Source of the DNA: an uncultured Bacteroidales bacterium | GTDB taxonomy: Bacteria; Bacteroidota; Bacteroidia; Bacteroidales; VadinHA17 | DNA length: 64,000 bases | Assembly (NCBI GenBank): GCA_963789465.1 | Contig: CAWBLL010000019.1 | Location: 580,787 to 644,786, forward strand | Direction: 5' to 3' | Part shown: piece after piece, positions 41,391 through 51,062 of the stretch | How positions within the stretch are numbered: the first letter of the stretch is position 1 | How the letters are laid out: each line of letters starts with the position of its first letter | Notes under the pieces: generated by a model | What the model was told of the DNA's origin: nothing | The model's database searches: none | The model's input: only the letters and a program-made list of their open reading frames with translations | Translations under genes and position numbers: made by a program

Positions 41391-42215
41391 ATGCATCATA
41401 AGGGATCAGTCAATCAGACTATACTAATTACCGGAGGTACCTCCGGTCTTGGGCTTGGACTGGCGAAGCATTTCCTCCGGGATGGATTCAACGTAGTTGC
41501 AACAGGACGTCAGCTGGTGAAATTAAGTGGCTTTAAGGGTAAATATTTTCTTTACAGGGTTGATTTTAACGATTTGTCAACAGTAGCGGCTTCAGCAAGA
41601 AAAATATGCAGCGATCATTCAATCAGTTTAATAGTAAATAATGCCGGTATTCTGAGTCCCCCGTCATTCACCGTAACGAAAAACGGGCTGGAATCTACTT
41701 TCCAGATCAATTTTCTGGCTCACCTGATTATTGATGAGATCATCCTTAATAGTATCAGTGATATGCGGGAAATAAGGATTGCTTCAGTCACCTCACCTGT
41801 ATACAGGATGGCATCTGCAAGGAAGGGTCCTTTGTCTGGGCCAGATAACTACAGTCCGGTCCGCTCATATTCATCTTCGAAACTTTATCTTGCCATGATG
41901 TGCGAGTTTCTGCATACCCGGCACAGAGAGGCGAGCCTGCTCTGTTTCAGCTTTAATCCGGGCACCTTCAGTTCCGGGATCTATAGGATGCAGAAAAAAT
42001 GGTTTTGGATTATGTATCGGATTGCAGCTCCTTTCATGAGGTCTCCTGTCAGTGTGGCAAAAGTGCTTGCTGAGCTGTTGCTGAATAAAGGGGTTGAGAA
42101 CGGGATGATATATGACATTCTGAATCGAAGGAAGTCTCCTCCTGAGTTGAATGGTTCTGAGAAAGAGGCCCTGATAAGGTCATGTTATGAAATTATAGAT
42201 GGATTTATAAAATAA
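41391..42215 (+). CDS. Short-chain dehydrogenase/reductase (SDR) family oxidoreductase
   Basis: ILITGGTSGLGLGLA (TGxxxGxG), NNAG, and YSSSK (YxxxK). Confidence 0.85.
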   Translation: MHHKGSVNQTILITGGTSGLGLGLAKHFLRDGFNVVATGRQLVKLSGFKGKYFLYRVDFNDLSTVAASARKICSDHSISLIVNNAGILSPPSFTVTKNGLESTFQINFLAHLIIDEIILNSISDMREIRIASVTSPVYRMASARKGPLSGPDNYSPVRSYSSSKLYLAMMCEFLHTRHREASLLCFSFNPGTFSSGIYRMQKKWFWIMYRIAAPFMRSPVSVAKVLAELLLNKGVENGMIYDILNRRKSPPELNGSEKEALIRSCYEIIDGFIK

Positions 42216-42286
42216 TTGACTTATTTTGTGTGAGCTGACTCTCATTTTTTATAACTTTTACACTTCAAAAATTAACAATCGGCTTT

Positions 42287-42901
42287 ATGAAAACAAAATC
42301 AATTCTTTTTATTTTAATATCAGGCCTCATTGGTTTAGCCGGGTGCAATTCATCTAAAGATCCTGCACACTGGAGTAACAAAAAACTTGACAGCTGGTTT
42401 GAGAAACAGGAATGGCTCAATGGCTGGAACATAACCCCTGATCCATCGATAAACAAACGGGAGTTAGCTGCTTACTATTTTAAAAACCCGGAACGTTGGG
42501 CGAAAGCGTTTGCTTTTCTGAAAGAGAATGATCTGTCAATTCTTGAGCCCAGGCGATATGATCTTGACGGGGATAACCTCTATGCTACAATTAGTGTTTA
42601 TATGACTAAGAATGAAGAAGACGCACGGTTTGAGGTGCATCGTAAATATATTGATATACAGTATGTTATTACAGGAGAAGAGCAGATGAGCATAACACCC
42701 CTGTCGGAAAAAAAGGAAGACATAGTTCCTTATGATCCTGCAAAGGATATTGCATTTGTAACAGTTAACAAAACAACCAGCTATGTGGCAACCCCTGATA
42801 AGTTTTTTATCTTTTTTCCCTCCGATATTCACCGGCCAAGCGTGAAAATCGGTGAGAATAAAGAGGTCCGCAAGGTTGTTATAAAGCTGAAGACAGATTA
42901 A
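42287..42901 (+). CDS. YhcH/YjgK/YiaL (DUF386, EbgC-like) family lipoprotein
   Basis: Lipobox LAGC, and ...YDLDGDNLYATISVYMTKNEEDARFEVHRKYIDIQYVITGEE...FFIFFPSDIHRP is the cupin-type DUF386 pattern. Confidence 0.75.
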   Translation: MKTKSILFILISGLIGLAGCNSSKDPAHWSNKKLDSWFEKQEWLNGWNITPDPSINKRELAAYYFKNPERWAKAFAFLKENDLSILEPRRYDLDGDNLYATISVYMTKNEEDARFEVHRKYIDIQYVITGEEQMSITPLSEKKEDIVPYDPAKDIAFVTVNKTTSYVATPDKFFIFFPSDIHRPSVKIGENKEVRKVVIKLKTD

Positions 42902-43013
42902 TTGCGACCCTGAATAGCATATTCTCACCCGCTGTGCGTAATATGACGTATACTACCTGCCGGTTCCTGTTATCCTGAATCTTGAGCCTCTTGTCTGAAC
43001 ATTCTTTTATTAT

Positions 43014-43049
43014 TGATGTTTCTCAAGGGAATGATGTTTCTCAAGGGAA
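43014..43049 (+). repeat. Perfect 18-bp tandem duplication (TGATGTTTCTCAAGGGAA x2) in the feoAB leader
   Basis: Positions 43014-43031 and 43032-43049 are identical. The repeat ends 10 nt before the feoAB ATG. Confidence 0.95.
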
Positions 43050-43059
43050 TTGTATATAG

Positions 43060-45516
43060 ATGACAACATTATATGATCTGATTGAAGGGGAAGAGGGGAT
43101 AATACTGAAGATCAAGGGAAGAGGCCAGTTCAGGCAACGCCTTTCTGAAATGGGATTTGTAGTCGGGAAAAAGGTGTCAGTAATAAAGAAGGCACCTCTC
43201 AGGGATCCCATTGAGTACAGGATTATGGGATATCATATCTCATTGAGAAACAGTGAGGCCCAGTTGATTGAAGTTGAAAAGGGCAGTAGATCCAGGGAGT
43301 TTCATTCTTCTAACGGGGTACTTATAAGTGAAGAGGAGAATGGTTCATGGATTGAAAAATCAAAGCATATTCAGGTTGCCCTTGTTGGTAATCCCAATTC
43401 AGGAAAAACTACTCTCTTTAATCAGGCATCAGGATCAAGGGAAAAAGTTGGCAATTACTCCGGGGTTACTATCGAATCAAAGGAAGCTGGTTACAGTCAG
43501 GATGGCTATTCTTTTTCTATAGTCGATCTGCCCGGAACTTATTCGATAAAAAGCTATTCTCCCGAAGAGCTGTTTATAAGAAACTATATTTTCGAAAACA
43601 AGCCAGATATTGTGGTCAATATTATCGATGCCTCAAATCTTGAAAGGAATCTTTACCTGACCTCACAGCTGATAGATATGGGTGTTCAACTTGTAATTGC
43701 CCTTAATATGTTTGACGAACTCGAGAGAAAAGGCGATATTCTCGATTACATTGCTCTGGGAAAATTATTGGGAGTGCCTGTCATTCCTACTGTGAGTACA
43801 AAAGGAAATGGAGTAAAGGAACTTTTTAAAAAGATTATTGAAGTGAATGAGGACAGGGATCCTGTTGTTCGTCATATTCATATCAATTATGGTATTGAAA
43901 TCGAGAATTCCATAAGTGCTTTGCAATCAAAGATCAAAATAGAGGAAAACAGATCATTTACAAATATAATTTCAGCCCGGTATCTTTCTATTGAACTCCT
44001 GGAAAATGATAAGGAGTACTCTGTGAATATTGCAAAATGTATTAACTCTGCCGAGATAATCGAGACGGCTAATAAAGAGTCAGGAAGACTCGAAAAACTC
44101 TATGCAGAGCCCATAGAGACTGTAATTACAGATCTACGCTACGGATTTATCTCCGGAGCGCTGAAGGAGACCATCAGAGTGAACAAATTTGAAAAGATCA
44201 GAAAAACTAAGCTTATAGATAACTGGCTCACAAATAGATATCTCGGCATACCAATTTTTATCCTTTTTATGTGGCTTACCTTTTTCTGCACTTTTAAACT
44301 GGGAGGATATCCAAAATCATGGCTCGAGTATGGCATTTTCAGGTTATCTGGGCTTATAGGCTCCAGTATGCCGGCAGGTATTGCAAAAGATTTTCTTATT
44401 GAAGCGATTCTTGGCGGGGTCGGCGGCGTTTTGGTATTTCTGCCAAATATTATAATCCTTTTCCTGTTCATCTCCTTCATGGAAGATACGGGATATATGG
44501 CAAGGGCGGTCTTCATAATGGACAAACTGATGCATAAGATAGGTTTGCATGGAAAATCAATTATTCCCCTTTTTATGGGTTTTGGATGCAACGTTCCGGC
44601 TATAATGGCTACAAGGATTATAGAGAGCAGGAGGGATCGTCTTGTAACTATGATGATTACGCCTTTTATGTCGTGTAGTGCGAGACTCCCGGTCTATATC
44701 CTCTTTATCAGTGCATTTTTTTCCAGGAACCAGGGAGTAGTTTTATTTATGCTCTATTTTCTTGGGATCATCTTTGCGATATTGTCGGCATTGCTTTTAA
44801 AGAAGTTCTTTTTCAGGAGTGAGGAAATACCTTTTGTAATGGAATTGCCTCCCTACAGGGTTCCTACCTTGAGAAGCGTAATTAAGCATGTTGTCTTCCG
44901 TACGGAGTTATACCTGAAGAAGATCGGAGGCATAATTCTGCTTGCGTCAATATTTGTCTGGATATTGAGTAATTTCCCCAGGAATGTTCATTTTTCCAGG
45001 GACTATGCCGGAGAGATCAGCCAGATAAATAAATTGAATATTACTGAATCAGATAAGGAAGAATCTGTCAAAAAGCTCATTGCTGAAAAGAAAAGCGAAG
45101 AACAAGGGAAGTCGTTTATTGGGATACTCGGGCATTCAATAGAACCAGTGATGAGGCCTCTGGGATTTGACTGGCGGCTCAGTGTAAGTATTCTGTCAGG
45201 CTTTGCTGCAAAAGAGGTCGTGGTAAGTACTCTGGGAGTTTTATTCCAGGCTGACGGCGTTTCCGGAAACAGTTCCCTGGTGCAGAAGATTCAGAATCAG
45301 AAAAATTCTAATGGAAAGGCACTTTTTTCACCTCTGGAGGCCTTCGCATTTATGCTGTTTATTCTGACCTATTTCCCTTGTGTCGGTGTTGTGGCCGCAA
45401 TAAAAAGAGAATCAGGAGGATGGCGATGGCCGGCATTCATTGTTATTTATACTACGGGAATAGCCTGGCTTCTCTCGTTCATAGTATACCAGACAGGCAG
45501 GTTTCTCATTGGTTGA
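43060..45516 (+). CDS. feoB: Ferrous iron transporter FeoA-FeoB fusion
   Basis: The N-terminal FeoA/SH3-like part is LIEGEEGIILKIKGRGQFRQRLSEMGFVVGKKVSVI. It is followed by the G-domain VALVGNPNSGKTTLFN...DLPGTYS...NMFD and a polytopic permease. 818 aa. Confidence 0.93.
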   Translation: MTTLYDLIEGEEGIILKIKGRGQFRQRLSEMGFVVGKKVSVIKKAPLRDPIEYRIMGYHISLRNSEAQLIEVEKGSRSREFHSSNGVLISEEENGSWIEKSKHIQVALVGNPNSGKTTLFNQASGSREKVGNYSGVTIESKEAGYSQDGYSFSIVDLPGTYSIKSYSPEELFIRNYIFENKPDIVVNIIDASNLERNLYLTSQLIDMGVQLVIALNMFDELERKGDILDYIALGKLLGVPVIPTVSTKGNGVKELFKKIIEVNEDRDPVVRHIHINYGIEIENSISALQSKIKIEENRSFTNIISARYLSIELLENDKEYSVNIAKCINSAEIIETANKESGRLEKLYAEPIETVITDLRYGFISGALKETIRVNKFEKIRKTKLIDNWLTNRYLGIPIFILFMWLTFFCTFKLGGYPKSWLEYGIFRLSGLIGSSMPAGIAKDFLIEAILGGVGGVLVFLPNIIILFLFISFMEDTGYMARAVFIMDKLMHKIGLHGKSIIPLFMGFGCNVPAIMATRIIESRRDRLVTMMITPFMSCSARLPVYILFISAFFSRNQGVVLFMLYFLGIIFAILSALLLKKFFFRSEEIPFVMELPPYRVPTLRSVIKHVVFRTELYLKKIGGIILLASIFVWILSNFPRNVHFSRDYAGEISQINKLNITESDKEESVKKLIAEKKSEEQGKSFIGILGHSIEPVMRPLGFDWRLSVSILSGFAAKEVVVSTLGVLFQADGVSGNSSLVQKIQNQKNSNGKALFSPLEAFAFMLFILTYFPCVGVVAAIKRESGGWRWPAFIVIYTTGIAWLLSFIVYQTGRFLIG

Positions 45517-45536
45517 GAAACCTGCCTGCAGGTTTT
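45494..45536 (+). terminator. Rho-independent terminator whose left arm is the last codons of feoB
   Basis: CAGGCAGGTTTCTC-attggtt-GAGAAACCTGCCTG forms a 14-bp perfect stem, followed by cagGTTTTT. The stop codon at 45514-45516 lies at the loop/right-arm boundary. Confidence 0.8.
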
Positions 45537-45552
45537 TAAATTATCCCTTTAC

Positions 45553-46599
45553 CTAGTAATGATATTCGTGGTCGTTGTAATAGATACTGATGGCAATATA
45601 GTCTACGATATTCTTTGCAAAGTACATGTTGTGCAGGGCATCGCTGAGCATGCCGAGTTGCTGTTTGACCGGAGATATCAGTTCGCTTAGTTTTGCCGTA
45701 GTTCCGTCGTCATATGTGAGTAGAATATCCCTCTTCCTGCATACGGAGGCGGTTGTATCCGATCCGGCTGTTATAAAGGTGGCAGCATGCTGCTGGAGAA
45801 CTCCACCAACAAATACCTGTATTGAATCAAGCTCAGTGGACTTCATTATCTGAACATCGCCTATTGTGAGGTCATATTGTTTTTCCCTTTTGTGGTAATC
45901 CTGTCTTATGAAAATATTGCTCTCCTTAAAAAGCGTGTCATTATCTTTTGAAAGAGAAAATGCCGAGCTAGTCGTATCACCATCCATCCACATGGCTGAG
46001 ATTCTGTATCCGTCAGGAAAAGAAAAAGAGGATGAATAAGAGTTGCTATGGAACCATTTGGAGGTAGAAGATACATCCATACTTCCAGCATTCTCATTAT
46101 TCAGCATGAGACCGGCCGTAAGCTGATACTCGTAGTTGTGCCACCAGTTGTAGTAAAGATGGTAATCACTTGCAGTAATGCTGAAATTGTTCGGATAGAC
46201 AGTATCAAGAGGCTGAAAAAAATGAAGATGCCTGGGATGCATAACCAGCATTTCAGGAAGATTAATTATCATGTTATCGCTCTCACCTGTCTTTTTAAAC
46301 AATTTGTAAGGAGAAAAATAATGCATGCGCATTACCGTATCGGGTTGAAAGTCATAAATACCTGAAACAGCGCTCAAATTGATTGAATCATTGAAGCTGT
46401 AGTCAGATTTTGCAGAAGGATCATTCAATGTAAGAAGCTGATAGCCTGCGGTCCCGGATATATTCATCACTGCACTGGAAATATTGGCCACCCCATTTTC
46501 AACAGATTGCTTAAGCCCGTTATTTCCTGTGTCAACTTTTGAGCAACTCCATGCTATCAAGCCCATCATAATAACGATTGCTGCAACATTCTTTTTCAT
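45553..46599 (-). CDS. Hypothetical lipoprotein (348 aa)
   Basis: MKKNVAAIVIMMGLIAWSCSK has a lipobox. The product is rich in Ser/Asn/Tyr/aromatics, consistent with a beta-rich outer-membrane lipoprotein. No motif recognised. Confidence 0.55.
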   Translation of the reverse strand: MKKNVAAIVIMMGLIAWSCSKVDTGNNGLKQSVENGVANISSAVMNISGTAGYQLLTLNDPSAKSDYSFNDSINLSAVSGIYDFQPDTVMRMHYFSPYKLFKKTGESDNMIINLPEMLVMHPRHLHFFQPLDTVYPNNFSITASDYHLYYNWWHNYEYQLTAGLMLNNENAGSMDVSSTSKWFHSNSYSSSFSFPDGYRISAMWMDGDTTSSAFSLSKDNDTLFKESNIFIRQDYHKREKQYDLTIGDVQIMKSTELDSIQVFVGGVLQQHAATFITAGSDTTASVCRKRDILLTYDDGTTAKLSELISPVKQQLGMLSDALHNMYFAKNIVDYIAISIYYNDHEYHY

Positions 46600-46818
46600 A
46601 GTTAATAGTATTAATTAATAAATTGGAATATGTCACTGGCAGATAAATACTCATCAAACTTGATGCCATGTCTTTATAAAAAAACATTCTTTTTTTTAGA
46701 AAAACAGTTGTTCAGTTAAATTTATGAGAGTATTGCATCTGCTTTACAACATTTCGAATATAGAACGCAGATAAAGCCAGAATGTTCTGCAGACAAGATT
46801 ATTTAAGCCAATTAAATT

Positions 46819-49350
46819 TCAATGAAGGAATGTTACATCGCCTACTTTGGTAAAGTATTCTCCGTCTGCATACTTTCCGGTAACCTTCCATACATATACG
46901 CCCTGCACAGCCAGTTTTTTGTCCTGTGTATAGCCATCCCAGCCTTTATTCAGTTCGCTGCTTTCAAAGATAAGAACACCCCATCTGTTGAAGATCTGTA
47001 GTTTATATTCAATGATGTTCTCAAAGAAGGGTCTGAAAACATAATCCATTTCAGGGTACACACCTTCCTGCCATTGCCCGCCTGTAGGGCCTGTCCCGTT
47101 CCATTTAAAAACATTGGGAAATTTTATGCTGCCTGTCTTCCAGTCGACTAAAACAGGAGTCTGTAAAAATGAAGTGTCTACACAACCTTCCGGGGATGTT
47201 ACTGTGAGTGATACCCTGTAGCTGCCCTCATTTTCATATTTATGGTATGGATTTTCTTCGGTAGAGGTCTGTCCGTCGCCAAAATTCCAAAGATTCAGGG
47301 AATCATAGTGACTGTAGTTATAGAACACCACTATTTGTTCATTATTTACGATAGTCGTAGGATAGGCATTGAAAACAGATGTCGGATTCTGGTAGACATT
47401 AATAATCCCGTTATGGGTTGATTGTCCTGTGATGTTTACCACAGTCAGTTTTACCAGGTAGTTTCCCGGAACGTAATAAGTATGAGAGGGATTTGCCTCT
47501 GCTGAGAAAATATTATCGCCAAAATCCCAGATATATGACTCCCCGAACGAACTTTTGTTCTCGAATTGGACTGTAAGCGGTGTACAACCAACGGTATCAG
47601 GTTCAAAATCAGCCGATGGCATTGGCTTTGAACCTACCTCGATCTGTATTGTCCCCACAGCAATACATCCAAATCTGTCGGGTATTGTTTGGTATTTGAT
47701 AGTATGAATTCCGAGGCCTGCAATTGCAGGGTCAAAGATATTCCCGCTAACCCCGTGCCCTGAGAATATACCACCTTCCGGTGTGGCTATAAGTACAACC
47801 GGTGGGCTGTTTATGAATTGAAGTCCAACATCCTGAATTGTTATTTCTGGAATTCCCACAACTGTAATTATCGTCGTATCAGAATCTTTGCAGTCCTGAT
47901 TTATGATATTATAACTTATAATATGATTCCCGACTCCTGCTATTTCAGGGTCAAAGGTATTTCCTGTAACCCCTTCTCCTGACCAGATCCCTCCAAGGTC
48001 ATGGGCAGTCAGAAAAACGATCGGACCATTTACGCACAAGGTATCGACAGGATTAATAGTCGCATCAGGTACTGCAACAGTAAGAATTGTCTGATCCGTG
48101 TCGGTACAGCCATGTCCATCTGTTATAGTGTAGGTTATAACGTGATTTCCGGAACCCGCAATGGCTGGCGTAAAAACATTGCCTGTTATTCCGGGTCCTG
48201 ACCATACGCCACCCGGATCATGAGCCCTGAGAATCATTGGCGGGTCTGAGATGCATACTATTCCCACAGGGGTTATAGTCGCATCAGGAGTTGGGACCAC
48301 TGTGATTACTATCTGATCATAGTCTGAACATCCGTCGGAATTTGTAATGTCATACCTTATCGTATGATCTCCTGCTCCGGCAGCTGCAGGATTAAAGGTA
48401 TGACCTGTGACTCCCGGTCCTGACCACCTGCCTCCCGGATCATGAGCAGTCAGGGCTACAGGAGGGTGATCTTCACACAGCGTATCAACAGGCGTTATGG
48501 TAGCATCGGGATAGGGAACAATTAAAATTATTGCAGTTGTGACTACAGGCGGATGATCTCCATTGATGGGATCGACCGGACCTCCCGGTATGTTGGGATC
48601 GTCATAGGGGTTACAGTAGTTCCAGTTGCGTAATGTTACCTGGAAATGCTGGCCCAGTAATTTATCATTTGCAACATTTATCACGTCTGACCATATGCCC
48701 GAGCCTGTCACAGGGCCAGGCAGGGTAATTACAGGATCCGAATACGGGAAGATTCGTGCCGTACCGTTTATCGTGACGGGAACTCCGGTCATTGTAATGT
48801 CGGTACCATAGATCCATTGTATCCACCTGGTGTTCACATTGGGGTTATCCCTTTCCTGTGGAGGGACACAGTTGAACTGTGTCAGATCCCTGAATCTCAC
48901 ATCCGCCCCATTACCCAGGCATATGGGATATACAGTGGGATTGATGTGCATATGACCGCCATTATGGTCATCATTGTCCCATACTGTTACGATCTGTTCC
49001 TGCGCAGATGAGGTGCAGAGAACACCATTTACGATCAGCGTAGAGCGCGGATGATAATTACATACATTCCCGCTTGACGTATATGTTGTGTTGGCAGTGG
49101 CCTGAAACATTCCGGGTGAAACCATCGTAGCGGGTACAATTTCACTGGTACCATTATCCCAGTCATATCTTATGCTTACAGGTGTACCTGCATTGTTGAC
49201 ACCGGTATAGCTGACCTGCCAGTTCACTGTGACGGGCGAACAAAATTTATCGGGAATAATATTGTTGGCTTTGGATAAAAGCGAGCAATCCTGTCCGCTA
49301 AGCACCCCTGAGATTAATATTAATAAAAATGAAATTAAAGATTCTTTCAT
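46819..49350 (-). CDS. Large surface adhesin-like protein: 4 Ig-like repeats, 2 PKD domains, and a T9SS type-B (gliding-motility-associated, CHU_C) C-terminal domain
   Basis: It has a signal peptide and PKD signatures (FGESYIWDFGDN...NPSHTY..PGNY.V.LTV and NLWNFGDGQTS.E.NP.H.Y...G.Y.V.LTV). The C-terminus is FPNVF.....G......VFRPFF.NI.EYKLQIFNRWGVLIFES...NKGWDG......L..GVYVWKV, typical of type-B CTDs. Confidence 0.85.
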   Translation of the reverse strand: MKESLISFLLILISGVLSGQDCSLLSKANNIIPDKFCSPVTVNWQVSYTGVNNAGTPVSIRYDWDNGTSEIVPATMVSPGMFQATANTTYTSSGNVCNYHPRSTLIVNGVLCTSSAQEQIVTVWDNDDHNGGHMHINPTVYPICLGNGADVRFRDLTQFNCVPPQERDNPNVNTRWIQWIYGTDITMTGVPVTINGTARIFPYSDPVITLPGPVTGSGIWSDVINVANDKLLGQHFQVTLRNWNYCNPYDDPNIPGGPVDPINGDHPPVVTTAIILIVPYPDATITPVDTLCEDHPPVALTAHDPGGRWSGPGVTGHTFNPAAAGAGDHTIRYDITNSDGCSDYDQIVITVVPTPDATITPVGIVCISDPPMILRAHDPGGVWSGPGITGNVFTPAIAGSGNHVITYTITDGHGCTDTDQTILTVAVPDATINPVDTLCVNGPIVFLTAHDLGGIWSGEGVTGNTFDPEIAGVGNHIISYNIINQDCKDSDTTIITVVGIPEITIQDVGLQFINSPPVVLIATPEGGIFSGHGVSGNIFDPAIAGLGIHTIKYQTIPDRFGCIAVGTIQIEVGSKPMPSADFEPDTVGCTPLTVQFENKSSFGESYIWDFGDNIFSAEANPSHTYYVPGNYLVKLTVVNITGQSTHNGIINVYQNPTSVFNAYPTTIVNNEQIVVFYNYSHYDSLNLWNFGDGQTSTEENPYHKYENEGSYRVSLTVTSPEGCVDTSFLQTPVLVDWKTGSIKFPNVFKWNGTGPTGGQWQEGVYPEMDYVFRPFFENIIEYKLQIFNRWGVLIFESSELNKGWDGYTQDKKLAVQGVYVWKVTGKYADGEYFTKVGDVTFLH
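47626..48510 (-). repeat. Four tandem ~72-74-codon coding repeats inside the adhesin gene
   Basis: Residues 281-354, 355-428, 429-500 and 501-575 all follow PDATITPV..LC...PP..L.AHDPGG.WSG.GVTGN.F.PA.AG.G.H.I.Y.I....C.D.D...ITV. Confidence 0.85.
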
Positions 49351-49582
49351 TTTATATTATATTGATTGAGCTTCATTTATCTGATCCTGTTTTTAAACCA
49401 GAGATTAATCCTAAATGCCACAAGACCATCACATCCAGCCAACATCCCATGAATAACAGACATTTATATTCACTAAACCGGATTTTTCAGAAGAAGGTTG
49501 CATGGACCATGCATATTTCTTTAAAAAATAATGAAAACAGCAATGGAGGATATTTGGATCAGGATAAGGAAGAGCACGGAAA

Positions 49583-51025
49583 TCATTTGAGGTAATCAAT
49601 ATTCATGTCGTAATCCCATTTATCAAAGTACAAATTACCGCCTTTCCATTCTACTTCACCTCGTTGAAAGTCATAAGGTTCACTTCTCATAAAATGTTTT
49701 CCGGGATATAAATTTCCCGCAACTCCGTCGTTTATAATAAGCCTGTAGCTGTCAATTCCTGAGAGAAAATATTCTCTGATCTTTTTTATTTCAGTTTTTT
49801 GCAGGTCATATGAAATATCTGAAGGAACCCATCCTGCCCCTTCGAAATATACCTCGCACCAGTCATGCAGGTTTTCTGAACCGGGGGGCACCATCCAGCC
49901 ACTCTGCCATCTGACCGGTATACCCTTGCAGCGCAGCATTGATATATATAGAAAGGTCTGCATACCACAATCCCCACGCCTGTTTTTTAGTACATAACCA
50001 GGTATGTCCGGCATTATTGAATACTCCAGTGCTCCCGTCCATGGGATATTTTCCTTGAACCACATGTATATTTTTCTGACTACCGCTGCAGGATTTTCTT
50101 CATTCTCCGTTATGCTGTCAGCCAGATGCCTTAAATTTTCTGAAAAGTTTATCTGAGGAAGTTGTTCTGAGGTGTATTTTTTATAAGTATATGATTCCTT
50201 ATTATATGGCAGGATCTTGAGTTCTGACAAATCCGAATACTGAGCGCTGGATTCGTAACGGTAGGAGATCCGGAAAACCGTGGGGATTCCTTTTTTTGCC
50301 CTCTCCTCCATGTAAAGAGTACTATGGATTGAAGTATCCGGGGAGATAAAGTATTCTTGATTCGAGGCGCTCAGAAGTTCAACTTTTTTCTGCCGTGGGT
50401 GACCTGATTTTGGCCATGGCATCCAGCATCTGATTGTTTCCCCTTCTGGTACGGCATCAGGATGGACGGTGATCGTGTAGGTTATTGCCATCTTTACTGG
50501 AATGACAGGTCCACTGCGGGTTTGGGACATTCTGTATGATTCGGAAGTATTTTTAAGACGCAGCGACATTTCCGGATCATCAAAAGGTTTTTTAGTGTTC
50601 AGATCCCTTTCCTCATAAAATTTTTTCAAAAGGAGGAGGTTTGATACTGCCCTCTTGAAATACATCTTTTTGCCATTAAGGATTCTGTACTCAAGCCATC
50701 CCCTTGCTTCCCATTTTAATTTATCTTCCTTGCTGAATGGACCTGATTTTTTTTCAATCTGCATGTCAGCCTGTTCTTCACTCACAGTAAAATCTTTCAT
50801 TATCCTTGATGCCATCTCAGTCACGGAATCGGCTTCCTGAACAAGATCATTGCTTGCAGGACAGAGCTTCCTGACTGAATCAGCAATTGTTAAGGCATAT
50901 GTGAGATTTCCTGCATTTAGTTCCGAGAGACTCTTTTTCATTAAGAGCGTACAGTCGCTTCCATGCCGGCAGCTTAAACTGGCAGATAGAATGAAAAAAA
51001 AGATCAGGTGTTTTATCTTTTCCAT
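49583..51025 (-). CDS. Transglutaminase-like cysteine-protease-fold lipoprotein
   Basis: Lipobox SASLSC. The transglutaminase core is RRGDCGMQTFLYISMLRCKGIPVRWQSGW...HDWCEVYFEGAGWVPSD, giving the Cys-His-Asp triad context. Confidence 0.82.
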   Translation of the reverse strand: MEKIKHLIFFFILSASLSCRHGSDCTLLMKKSLSELNAGNLTYALTIADSVRKLCPASNDLVQEADSVTEMASRIMKDFTVSEEQADMQIEKKSGPFSKEDKLKWEARGWLEYRILNGKKMYFKRAVSNLLLLKKFYEERDLNTKKPFDDPEMSLRLKNTSESYRMSQTRSGPVIPVKMAITYTITVHPDAVPEGETIRCWMPWPKSGHPRQKKVELLSASNQEYFISPDTSIHSTLYMEERAKKGIPTVFRISYRYESSAQYSDLSELKILPYNKESYTYKKYTSEQLPQINFSENLRHLADSITENEENPAAVVRKIYMWFKENIPWTGALEYSIMPDIPGYVLKNRRGDCGMQTFLYISMLRCKGIPVRWQSGWMVPPGSENLHDWCEVYFEGAGWVPSDISYDLQKTEIKKIREYFLSGIDSYRLIINDGVAGNLYPGKHFMRSEPYDFQRGEVEWKGGNLYFDKWDYDMNIDYLK

Positions 51026-51062
51026 TTGGGCAGACTTTTGATCATAACCGGTTATTGGCAGA

